A stretch of DNA of 38,853 nucleotides from a virus (lineage: Duplodnaviria > Caudoviricetes). The notes under the pieces are model-generated. The model saw only the letters and a list, made by a program, of their open reading frames with translations, was not told the origin of the DNA and did not search any database. The translations under genes were made by a program, and so were the position numbers. Below are positions 1 to 6,585 of this stretch, piece after piece. The DNA is taken from IMG/VR virus record IMGVR_UViG_3300044466_000024, positions 1-38,853 of that record; one strand, given 5' to 3'. How positions within the stretch are numbered: the stretch's first letter is position 1; each line of letters starts with the position of its first letter.

Positions 1-304
1 ATGAATTCACCCCACCCGGCGCGTCTTCGACTGGCCCACCCGTCACGGCGTCCACCACGTGACCTCGCGCCGCCACGCCCGCCCGCACGACCGTTAACTG
101 GTCCTCGTAGTAGGCCGCCAGCGCAATCAAGTGCGCGCGCTCCGGGCTCACCCCCAGGACGCGGCCCGGCATCCGCTCGCCCGAGACAATCGACCGGGCT
201 TCTGCCAGCCAGTCGCGTACGGAATATCCGTCTGGCCCTTGCGGAGCTTCGATCTGCTGTCGAAGTACTCCGACGGTTGCAGGCGTGAAGACGTCGCCGC
301 TCAT
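1..304 (-). CDS. Hypothetical early protein, 3' end runs off the window (MSGDVFTPATVGVLRQQIEAPQGPDGYSVRDWLAEARSIVSG...HLIALAAYYEDQL...)
   Basis: ATG at 304 overlaps the stop of the upstream HTH gene (ATGA). Frame open to the window edge by hand translation; not in the ORF track. Confidence 0.65.
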   Translation of the reverse strand, partial: MSGDVFTPATVGVLRQQIEAPQGPDGYSVRDWLAEARSIVSGERMPGRVLGVSPERAHLIALAAYYEDQLTVVRAGVAARGHVVDAVTGGPVEDAPGGVNS

Positions 305-519
305 ACCGCCACTCCCTCGCGCGACAGCGCCGCGTCGAGTTCTGATTTCCGAAACTTCAAGGACTTCCCTAACCGCTTTACCGGGATCGGCTTTCCCGCC
401 TGCCGACGCCGATACAGCAGCGAGTGCAACGCCGGAATCGACAAGCCGAGGTACCGCGCCGCCTCGTTCGCGCTGATGTAGGGCTCATCATGGGAGGCGA
501 AGAAGTGACGCGCGGCCAT
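301..519 (-). CDS. Excisionase-like (HTH_17/MerR-type) DNA-binding protein, 72 aa
   Basis: YISANEAARYLGLSIPALHSLL...IPVKRLGKSLKFRKSELDA is a typical Xis-like winged HTH. ATG 519 is coupled to the cro stop (TGATG). Confidence 0.85.
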   Translation of the reverse strand: MAARHFFASHDEPYISANEAARYLGLSIPALHSLLYRRRQAGKPIPVKRLGKSLKFRKSELDAALSREGVAV

Positions 520-749
520 CACGCCACCGCCTGCGAGGACGAAATGAGATAGCGACGAACCGAATGGCCCAGAGCCTCTGCTAACCGCTTTGCCATCCGC
601 GCCGTCTGCCGCTCCCCCCTCAGGAACCGGCCCACGGTCATATGCGAAACGCCTGATCGACGAGCCAAGTCGATCGGCAACCAACCCTTCGCAGCGAGGT
701 CTGCTTCCATCCGCGAGATGTCATAAGCAGGCCCACCAGACTTCTGCAT
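519..749 (-). CDS. Cro-like XRE HTH repressor, 76 aa
   Basis: GWLPIDLARRSGVSHMTVGRFLRGE...AKRLAEALG is an XRE HTH. First gene of the leftward operon, divergent from a repressor fragment. Confidence 0.85.
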   Translation of the reverse strand: MQKSGGPAYDISRMEADLAAKGWLPIDLARRSGVSHMTVGRFLRGERQTARMAKRLAEALGHSVRRYLISSSQAVA

Positions 750-820
750 ACGCAGAAGACTACGCTTCGCCTTTCTGCGTTGTCAATAACTTTTTCGAAC
801 TGTTATGAACAATGCAGAAC
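741..820. promoter_or_regulatory. Divergent cI/cro control region: leftward sigma70-type promoter and candidate operators
   Basis: Minus strand TTGACA (786-781), 18 nt, TAGTCT (762-757). Inverted repeat CTTCTGC-ATAC-GCAGAAG (741-758) covers the cro ATG. Further TTCTGC/GCAGAA half-sites at 773-778 and 814-819. Confidence 0.7.
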
Positions 821-844
821 GCGGCGCGATTACGCTGTTCGGGA

Positions 845-971
845 TTGTCTAAAGCACGGTCACGACAGCCGACGCTGCGCGCCTTCGGCGAGTGGTTGAC
901 GGAGTTGCGTGCCGATCGAACGCGTCAGCAGATCTCAAACCGGCTAAGCGACTTGAAGACACCGCTCGGCG
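845..971 (+). pseudogene. Truncated CI-like repressor, N-terminal HTH helices only
   Basis: (L/M)SKARSRQPTLRAFGEWLTELRADRTRQQISNRLSDLKTPLGG resembles XRE helices 1-2, divergent from cro. After about 971 the frame loses protein-like character. Start may be ATG 812 or TTG 845. Confidence 0.65.
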
Positions 972-1313
972 GCCGAGGCGCTCGCGACACTCCCCAGGCG
1001 TGGCCCTTACTGTTTCCCCGATCGTCGCGTGGCGAAGCTCCCACGCGATCGGCGGGGCGCCATTCGCCGGATGCTGCAGCGCGCGTGCAAGGCGGCCAAT
1101 GTGCGGTACGGCCGGACCGCCGGCGGGATCACCTGGCACACGGCCACCCGCGCCACCGGCGCGACGCGGATGCTCCGCGACCGGACCGATCTCCGCACGG
1201 TGCAACAAGTGGGCAACTGGAAGGATATTCGTTCCGTCCAGAGTTACCTCGAGACCGACACCCGAGCGGCGCGCCGGGCCGTGAACCGCATCGGCGGCGT
1301 AACCGGCACGTAA
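972..1313 (+). pseudogene. int: Tyrosine integrase, C-terminal fragment only
   Basis: AEALATLPRRGPYCFP...ITWHTATRATGATRML...DLRTVQQVGNWKDIRSVQSY contains box II H..R, the W/H position and the catalytic Tyr. An in-frame TGA at 954-956 excludes any N-terminal or box I part. Adjacent to attP. Confidence 0.85.
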
Positions 1314-1538
1314 TCGCGAACCGTGAGAATGTGTCAGAACCCGAATAGATGCGTGTATGTCAGAAAGGACGCAGCCGGCAGACTTTTTTCACGAAATCGC
1401 GCGAGAAAGCTTGGTGGACGGCGCGAGGCTCGAACTCGCGACCTCCGCATTGCGAACGCGGCATAATCGCTAGTAAGCCACTAAACACACAGCACTTATG
1501 GGCACGGTTGCTCGCACGTGCGCGTCACGTAACCGGCA
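1298..1538 (+). repeat. Candidate integrase arm-type and accessory-factor sites flanking the att core
   Basis: CGTAACCGGCA at 1298-1308 and 1528-1538, variant CGTAATCGCGA at 1309-1319, TGTCAGAA at 1332-1339 and 1358-1365, AT-rich TAAG...CTTA at 1474-1498. Confidence 0.65.
1412..1461 (-). other. attP core: 3' half of tRNA-Ala(CGC)
   Basis: Minus strand CCGCG-TTCGCAA-TGCGG AGGTC GCGAG-TTCGAGC-CTCGC GCCGTCC A CCA gives anticodon arm, T arm, acceptor 3' strand with U70 (Ala identity) and CCA. No D arm or 5' half. Directly downstream of int. Confidence 0.9.
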
Positions 1539-1591
1539 TGAACGGCCCGATGGCCATGTCTGTGCACCGTGCCCCGATCCGGAGGCCCGTA

Positions 1592-1987
1592 ATGCTGCTG
1601 CCCTACGTGATCGGTGCCATGGCCGTCCCGCTCGTTGTGGCCTATATCTGCTACACCGTTCTGTGGCGACGAGACCGCGCGTGGCTTGTGGATCGGGGAG
1701 CCGAAGCGATGACCACCACAACGCCGGATTGGGGCGTGTTCTGGGCGATCGTCGCGTTCATTATGCTGGCGCCCGTCGTGATCCTCGGAATCACGCATGT
1801 GCTCACCATATGGGATCTCCGCTGCACCACCGCCGCCGCCTGCGCTCGCGCCATCGCACGCCGGGACTTTCCGGCCTTGTGTGTGGCCTGTCAAGTGGAG
1901 CAACGCAGACTCGGCGCCCAGGCGGAATCCGCCGAGACCGTCAGCCGTCGTCAGCCACGGGCACGCACCGATCAGGGGACGCGCTAG
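1592..1987 (+). CDS. Membrane protein with two hydrophobic segments and a CxxC, 131 aa (moron-like)
   Basis: GGAGG at 1581-1585 precedes ATG 1592. Segments LLPYVIGAMAVPLVVAYICYTVLW and WGVFWAIVAFIMLAPVVILGI. A second in-frame RBS and ATG at 1709. Confidence 0.6.
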   Translation: MLLPYVIGAMAVPLVVAYICYTVLWRRDRAWLVDRGAEAMTTTTPDWGVFWAIVAFIMLAPVVILGITHVLTIWDLRCTTAAACARAIARRDFPALCVACQVEQRRLGAQAESAETVSRRQPRARTDQGTR

Positions 1988-2077
1988 CCGCTCTCCGTGA
2001 CCGGCGACACTCGGCAGACTGTCGGGCGGTTCGCCAGCAGCACGGAGAGCAGCCAACCTTTGAGATAGGATTCAGCA

Positions 2078-2335
2078 ATGCAGACTGGTGATGAAGGCCG
2101 CCCGATGTCGATTCTGGAGTTTATTAGCGATGAGCCATTGGACCCTGAGCCGTACATCGACTACCTCATAGACCACTACAAGGCCCATCGCGAATATTGG
2201 CTCTTGCTGCCATCAGGGCCAAGGTCGGACGACAAACCAACCACGCGCGATTGCGTCATCACCAAGATCGATTTCTTCCTCATCGAACTCGACAACATCA
2301 AACGGAAGATGCACCGGCCCACGCCAGCCCACTAG
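2078..2335 (+). CDS. Small soluble hypothetical protein (moron-like), 85 aa
   Basis: Protein-like composition, locally AT-richer DNA. TAGGAT at 2066-2071 lies 6 nt before ATG 2078 (possibly leaderless). Alternative start 2105. Confidence 0.65.
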   Translation: MQTGDEGRPMSILEFISDEPLDPEPYIDYLIDHYKAHREYWLLLPSGPRSDDKPTTRDCVITKIDFFLIELDNIKRKMHRPTPAH

Positions 2336-2441
2336 TACGGCCGTCCCGGTCGATGGAACTCCGGCCGATGCGCGCCTGCGCGTTCTACGTTGTCGTTGTG
2401 GAACTCGCGCAGCGATGATCGACCAGCCGTGGTTGCCTCTC

Positions 2442-2810
2442 CTAAATCGCGATCACGCGGATACGATGATCGGCGCTCTCCCACACTTCCTGACGCTGCG
2501 CCTTGCCGACCACAATGCAGCCGTGTGAGGCGTCTCGTTTGTTGCCCACCCGATCGCCGTGAATGGCAAAGCTGCTCCGGCCGTACATCTCGGTCCCAGG
2601 TTCAGGGACCAGTCTCAACGTGTACGGCCCGGTCGTCTCGGAGTCGTGCGGCGCCTCGATGCGATAGATCCCTTCCGGTAACGGACCAACGCCTTTCACG
2701 TGTTGCATCGACGGGTTATTGAGGCCAGTATGTCGCCCGGCGTAGCCGTACTGTCGGCACTGCCGCTGTGCGTTCAACAGCGCGCCGGTTTCAGAACACC
2801 AGATCCACAT
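2442..2810 (-). CDS. Tlde1/DUF2778 L,D-transpeptidase-fold peptidoglycan enzyme, probable endolysin
   Basis: GYAG...GPLPEGIYRI...LRLVP...GRSSFAIHGD...ASHGCI has the His...SxGC catalytic motif. Last gene of the late operon. Confidence 0.85.
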   Translation of the reverse strand: MWIWCSETGALLNAQRQCRQYGYAGRHTGLNNPSMQHVKGVGPLPEGIYRIEAPHDSETTGPYTLRLVPEPGTEMYGRSSFAIHGDRVGNKRDASHGCIVVGKAQRQEVWESADHRIRVIAI

Positions 2811-3235
2811 CAGGCCGCTGCCTTCCGCTCCCCGATGCGGAACTCCACCCGACGACCGACGTGTCGCCGCGCGATCACAAACGTGTGTCCGAGCGTTTGG
2901 AGATGACCGAGCACGCTTGATCGCGAGAGCTGGAGCTGTGCGACCACATCATGAGGCGAGGCGTATTCCGTGAACGCTTGGCGCACCATCTCGGCACTCA
3001 GACACCACGTCCGCCGTGGGTCCAGGGCCAGTGACGGCAACGGCAGCGGCGCCTCGACGTGATCAAGGTCGGCCACAAGCTCGTGCCAGCCGTGCGGGTC
3101 CGTGCGCTTGATCCGCGCCACCATCCGCAGAATCGACGGGCTGTAGCCGGGCTCCGCCGCGTCCGCGAGTGCCGCCGGCGCCATCGTGCCCGTGATCCGC
3201 ACGGCTTCGCGAAGATTGATGCCATCCTCGTACAT
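2810..3235 (-). CDS. Hypothetical protein, possible C-terminal HTH
   Basis: Translationally coupled on both sides. SPHDVVAQLQLSRSSVLGHLQTLG is HTH-like. Confidence 0.6.
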   Translation of the reverse strand: MYEDGINLREAVRITGTMAPAALADAAEPGYSPSILRMVARIKRTDPHGWHELVADLDHVEAPLPLPSLALDPRRTWCLSAEMVRQAFTEYASPHDVVAQLQLSRSSVLGHLQTLGHTFVIARRHVGRRVEFRIGERKAAA

Positions 3236-3525
3236 CACTTCACGCGCTCCAGCAGCCGGTCTAACTTGTCGTCCTGCCGCTCGAGATGCCGGTTGATGGC
3301 GTGGAACCGTTCGATGTTTTCCTCGTGGCGATCGTCAGAGGCTTTGACGAGCTGCGCGCTGCGCGCTTCGATCGCCGCGTACCGCTCCGCGCAGAGGTCT
3401 TCATGGGCTTTCAAGTCGCGCTCCCTCGATCGATAGCGAAGTTCCAAGTAGACCAGCCAGAAGATCGCCACGACCAACGTACCCATAGCGCCCACCAGCG
3501 CCCAGAGATCCACCGTGACCGTCAT
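3235..3525 (-). CDS. Holin-like protein (one TM helix plus coiled coil)
   Basis: LWALVGAMGTLVVAIFWLVYL then a charged heptad tail ending LERQDDKLDRLLER. GGAG RBS. Upstream of the lysin. Confidence 0.65.
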   Translation of the reverse strand: MTVTVDLWALVGAMGTLVVAIFWLVYLELRYRSRERDLKAHEDLCAERYAAIEARSAQLVKASDDRHEENIERFHAINRHLERQDDKLDRLLERVK

Positions 3526-3605
3526 CGCGCTCCATTCGTGTCACCGACCGACACAGCGAACCGGAATCGCCCATCCGCCACCGATCAGGACCAGCCGCTC
3601 CGTCC

Positions 3606-4007
3606 CTACTGGCCAAACCGTGGCAGCGTCGGGACAGCCGGCGGGTTCGGCCGCCGCCGCACGAAAGGGACCCGTACCGTCTCCCCGCTCGACCCGTCGG
3701 CGTTGACCGCGGTGATCGTGCCCTCATGGTCGCCGTCGGGCATGTTCAGCAACCGCGAATCCGTGAACGTGCAATCGAGGGTCCCGTTGGCTGGATCCGC
3801 CCAGAGCCATTTCGTCGGGTTGAGATTGCTCGTCGTCGCGGGACGTGTTTGCCCGCACGTCACTTGCGCCGCGGTCACGTTGATCACGGTGCCCGTGCCC
3901 GTGCTGTTGCCGTAGATGCGGAGATTCCACGACGTCGGCGCACCCTGCGCGGACGCCAGCGACGCCGCCAGCAGCACGAGAACCACCGCGAAAGCCAGTC
4001 TCTTCAT
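3606..4007 (-). CDS. Secreted beta-sandwich (Fn3-like) protein, 133 aa
   Basis: Signal peptide MKRLAFAVVLVLLAASLASA|Q. TITAVNADGSS...PPAVPT resembles an Fn3 C-terminus. GGGAG RBS. Confidence 0.8.
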   Translation of the reverse strand: MKRLAFAVVLVLLAASLASAQGAPTSWNLRIYGNSTGTGTVINVTAAQVTCGQTRPATTSNLNPTKWLWADPANGTLDCTFTDSRLLNMPDGDHEGTITAVNADGSSGETVRVPFVRRRPNPPAVPTLPRFGQ

Positions 4008-4020
4008 GTGATGTACTCCC

Positions 4021-4350
4021 CTACTTTTTCGCCTGCGCCGGCGTCGCCGCCACCAGCCTGCCTATGGTGAAATCGAGCACGAACCCCGGCACCTTTGCGG
4101 CCACCGCGGCGTTGATGTCTTTCTGGGCCTGCTGCCGCTCCGTCATCGCGGCTTGATACGCCTGCCCTTCCTTCGTCGCCAACATCGCGTCCACGCGCGC
4201 CTGTACGACTTTGGCGAGCGCTTGATCACGACGCAGCATTTCGACCATCAGGTCTTTTGTGGACGGCTCGAGTGCCGGCGCCCCGGCATCCTGCGCGAAC
4301 GCGGCCATCGTCACCACGAGCACGAGCACACTACCGATCGCGAGTCGCAC
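4021..4350 (-). CDS. Secreted alpha-helical protein, 109 aa
   Basis: GTG 4350 after AGGAGG. Signal peptide MRLAIGSVLVLVVTMAAFA|Q. Confidence 0.75.
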   Translation of the reverse strand: MRLAIGSVLVLVVTMAAFAQDAGAPALEPSTKDLMVEMLRRDQALAKVVQARVDAMLATKEGQAYQAAMTERQQAQKDINAAVAAKVPGFVLDFTIGRLVAATPAQAKK

Positions 4351-5812
4351 GGAGCCTCCTACCCATAACCAACAGCCCGAACAGAGGGAACAACGGCCAG
4401 GCGAGCTGCGCGCGCAAGCGCAACTGCCGGACGAAACTCGGCTGATAGGTGATCTCGATCGCGTCTTGATGCAGGTTCGACGCGGCATCCGCGCACGTGA
4501 CCGTGACCGTATTCCGGCCTTGCCGCAGGACGAGATTCGAGACGGCCCACGACGTCGTGCCTGACGCGCTCCCGCTCCCGCCGGCGCTGTTCGCCCAAGT
4601 GACAGAGGTCGGCGCCACGTTGTCGGTACACGTGCCGGCGAGTGTGGTCAGGATGCCGCTGCCCACCGTGACCGTGGCCGTCGGCGAGGACGTCGGTCCG
4701 GTGATCGTGACAACCGGCGGGGTTGTATCGGGCGCGCCGCCGAGTGTGGTTGCAAATCCGGCGCTCATCGCGGTAGCGCTCGAACAGCCACCGATGTAGA
4801 AATACACGGAATCGCTCGCGCCGAAACTGCCGCGATTGAGCCGAACCGTCGTCGTCGTGCCGTAGGTGATGATCGGTTGCGGCTCTCGGTGCGTCGCGCT
4901 CGTGTACGTGGCGTTATTCCCGATCTCGACGCGACACGTACTGCTATCGATCAGGACAGAGTCCCAATAGGCCGACATCGTGCCAGACCAATCACCCCCT
5001 CGGATGTAGTTGCCGAGATAGAACTCGGGGTAACTCGTGACCCCTGCCGAGGTCGTGAGGCAATTCGATTGACTCTGTGCATCAAACGCGCCGCCATCGA
5101 CGGCGAAGATCACATATCCATCAGCGGCGCCATTCCCCGATCCGGTGCTTCCGAACCACTGAATATGCCGCCACTGATTGTGAAAATCGCGGTTGTCTCC
5201 GCTGCCAAGCCCCGCACTACCGAAACCACAATGGGACGAATCGAGCCCATCCATCTGAGAGTGATACGCCGACCCCGCATCCGTGCAGGGATGAACGCCC
5301 ATGCTCGTCGTAAAGGCGATATTCCACGACGGGACGCCGGCACTCGTGGAATGGAGTCGCCATGGCTTCGCGTTCTCGTAGCAGTCACCTCCGGTGATAC
5401 CGGACGTGTCGAAATACAGCCACCCGTCAAAGTGCAATTTGCTGAACGTCGAAGTGACCAAGACCGACGATGAGGCATTCCCGCTCGCCCCTCCGTTCAG
5501 CCACCGTGAGCGCATATGTTGCGAGTGGGGCGTCCCAGCGCGAAGGACGGCGTTCGAAGCGATCGGGTTCGTGTCGTTCGAGGCAGGATTTGACCACGAG
5601 CAGGCTGATCCCGTCGAGATGTTGGCGTTGAGCGTCGGGCTCTGAAAATCGTCGAAGCAGACCGGTGGCCCGGTCGGCTTCGTGCCCGGGCTCGTCACCG
5701 TGAGCGTGATCGTGGAGCCGTGCGTCAGCGTGCCGCTGACGTTGGTAATGGTCTGCGCCGCGACCGGCGCCGCGAGCAGGCACACGACGAGCCCGAGCAC
5801 TACTCGGTGCAT
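4331..5812 (-). CDS. Secreted/surface protein, 493 aa: lectin or polysaccharide-lyase-like beta domain, Ig-like domain and C-terminal membrane anchor
   Basis: Likely start ATG 5812, MHRVVLGLVVCLLAAPVAA|Q. PDTTPPVVTITGP...GRNTVTVTCADAASN is bacterial Ig-like. C-terminus LAWPLFPLFGLLVMGRRLR. Confidence 0.8.
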   Translation of the reverse strand: MHRVVLGLVVCLLAAPVAAQTITNVSGTLTHGSTITLTVTSPGTKPTGPPVCFDDFQSPTLNANISTGSACSWSNPASNDTNPIASNAVLRAGTPHSQHMRSRWLNGGASGNASSSVLVTSTFSKLHFDGWLYFDTSGITGGDCYENAKPWRLHSTSAGVPSWNIAFTTSMGVHPCTDAGSAYHSQMDGLDSSHCGFGSAGLGSGDNRDFHNQWRHIQWFGSTGSGNGAADGYVIFAVDGGAFDAQSQSNCLTTSAGVTSYPEFYLGNYIRGGDWSGTMSAYWDSVLIDSSTCRVEIGNNATYTSATHREPQPIITYGTTTTVRLNRGSFGASDSVYFYIGGCSSATAMSAGFATTLGGAPDTTPPVVTITGPTSSPTATVTVGSGILTTLAGTCTDNVAPTSVTWANSAGGSGSASGTTSWAVSNLVLRQGRNTVTVTCADAASNLHQDAIEITYQPSFVRQLRLRAQLAWPLFPLFGLLVMGRRLRATRDR

Positions 5813-6585
5813 CGCCCCCCCACACCGACGAGCGTCAACTGCCGACAGCCAGGCGTACCGCCACCGCCGCCACCCATGGCGTTGATCGGGACGACACACA
5901 CGCTGTGCTCGCTGGTCCCTGTCCAGGTCCAGCCAGGCGTGACCCCGGAACTCGAGCCCGCCCGATCGCCGGCCGCGACGTTGATCCCACTGCCGCTCGT
6001 CATGGTGCCAATGATCGAGTGACCAGAGCCCGCCGCCGTGATGCTGGTCGTGCCGCCGTCGGTGGCGATGGCCGTCAGGAAGAGGCCGTTGGCGTCCGTG
6101 GTCGTGACGCTCGCCGGATCCTTCGACGTGCCGCTGGCGCCGACGACACACGACGGCGTGCCGAATGTGGTCCCGGCAACGTCCGCCACAGACAGCACAA
6201 AAGCCCGCACGTAGTACCGCCCAGAGGCCGCAGCGACGGCATTCCACAGACAGTGCAACGTCGCCGTGGTGGAGGTCGGATTTTTGCGGTAGTAGAACCC
6301 AGCGAGTCGGAACGTCGTGCCCGACGTCGTCGTGACCAGCTCGGTCAACGTCTCCGTCGTATTGAACGTGCACGAACTGACGACAATCGTTCCCGAGGTG
6401 TCGTTGGTGTAGGCGTACGCGCCGAGCAGCGTCCCGCACGACGCATCGATACTGAGATCAACGAAATCTTCGAAGGCGTTATTCGTCGCGATCGCCGGCG
6501 AGTTACACCGTGTAACCTGGGCCTCGACGGGCCATGCCCATAGCGCATAGGCGACGACGACGAGCGCCAGCCGACGCCACGTCAC
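5800..6585 (-). CDS. Secreted Thr/Ser/Gly-rich beta protein, 261 aa
   Basis: Signal peptide MTWRRLALVVVAYALWAWPVEA|Q. Cys-containing, with a poly-Gly linker before QLTLVGVG. Confidence 0.8.
   Translation of the reverse strand: MTWRRLALVVVAYALWAWPVEAQVTRCNSPAIATNNAFEDFVDLSIDASCGTLLGAYAYTNDTSGTIVVSSCTFNTTETLTELVTTTSGTTFRLAGFYYRKNPTSTTATLHCLWNAVAAASGRYYVRAFVLSVADVAGTTFGTPSCVVGASGTSKDPASVTTTDANGLFLTAIATDGGTTSITAAGSGHSIIGTMTSGSGINVAAGDRAGSSSGVTPGWTWTGTSEHSVCVVPINAMGGGGGGTPGCRQLTLVGVGGRCTE

Noticed and set aside
1-288. Plus-strand 95-aa ORF, and the many long plus-strand ORFs across 2400-38800
   Set aside because: Pro/Arg-rich shadow frames of high-GC minus-strand genes, with no RBS or motifs.
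812-1348. 178-aa ORF as an intact repressor
   Set aside because: Only the first ~53 codons look like a protein; the rest is the off-frame reading of the integrase fragment.
1412-1463. Functional tRNA-Ala gene
   Set aside because: Lacks the 5' acceptor strand and D arm, so it is an att core.
5813-6439. N-terminal extensions in the ORF track (702, 794, 244, 671, 423, 359 and 288 aa versions)
   Set aside because: They overlap upstream genes or the leader elements. Internal ATGs with RBS or stop-start coupling give better starts.
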